This document shows, one piece after another, positions 34,301-34,364 of a DNA stretch of 34,364 bases. Each line of letters begins with the position of its first letter. Position 1 is the first letter of the stretch. The stretch lies in IMG/VR virus record IMGVR_UViG_3300029258_001891. One strand, written 5' to 3'. The stretch is from an uncultured virus (IMG/VR IMGVR_UViG_3300029258_001891) (taxonomy: Duplodnaviria > Heunggongvirae > Uroviricota > Caudoviricetes). Made by a program: the position numbers and the translations under genes. Under the pieces are notes generated by a model that saw only the letters and a list, made by a program, of their open reading frames with translations, ran no database searches and was not told the origin of the DNA.

Positions 34301-34364
34301 ATGATCGAAGACGAAAGAGACACAACGGCTCACGATCTGTTGGATGATTTGGAAAATATGCCCT
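34301..34364 (+). CDS. Partial CDS running off the window
   Basis: GAAGGA leader; MIEDERDTTAHDLLDDLENMP... Confidence 0.5.
   Translation, partial: MIEDERDTTAHDLLDDLENMP

Noticed and set aside
1..34364. Alternative genetic code or stop-codon reassignment
   Set aside because: Conserved genes are full length in the standard code and end in TAA, TAG or TGA at expected positions

Overview
All credible genes are on the + strand and tightly packed. The window looks like part of a large dsDNA phage genome (host unknown); no virion structural genes or CRISPR array were recognised. (1) 1-9.7 kb: replication/recombination (family A DNA polymerase, RecA, two PD-(D/E)XK resolvase-like genes, Cas4-like exonuclease), plus HicA, SpoVS, a bL12-CTD-like protein and HNH genes. 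(2) 9.7-14.5 kb: a 7-deazaguanine pathway (queF, two queC, folE, queD, queE), interrupted by a tRNA gene split by an HNH remnant. (3) 14.6-15.3 kb: a promoter, a boxA-like site and about 640 nt of structured non-coding sequence. (4) 15.3-29.5 kb: accessory genes including a PC4-like protein, a poly-Glu/H1-like protein and a MoxR AAA+/VWA pair. (5) 29.5-33.6 kb: a DpdA/TGT-like transglycosylase, three RING-like proteins and a thermonuclease. (6) A terminal non-coding region repeating the 14.6 kb regulatory layout. The most striking unexplained signal is that at least eight unrelated proteins end in a Lys/Arg-rich tail followed by F-[A/S]-[F/L]-stop, written with different codons, which suggests a phage-wide C-terminal targeting or docking tag. 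All family calls come from motif recognition by eye; no database searches were run.
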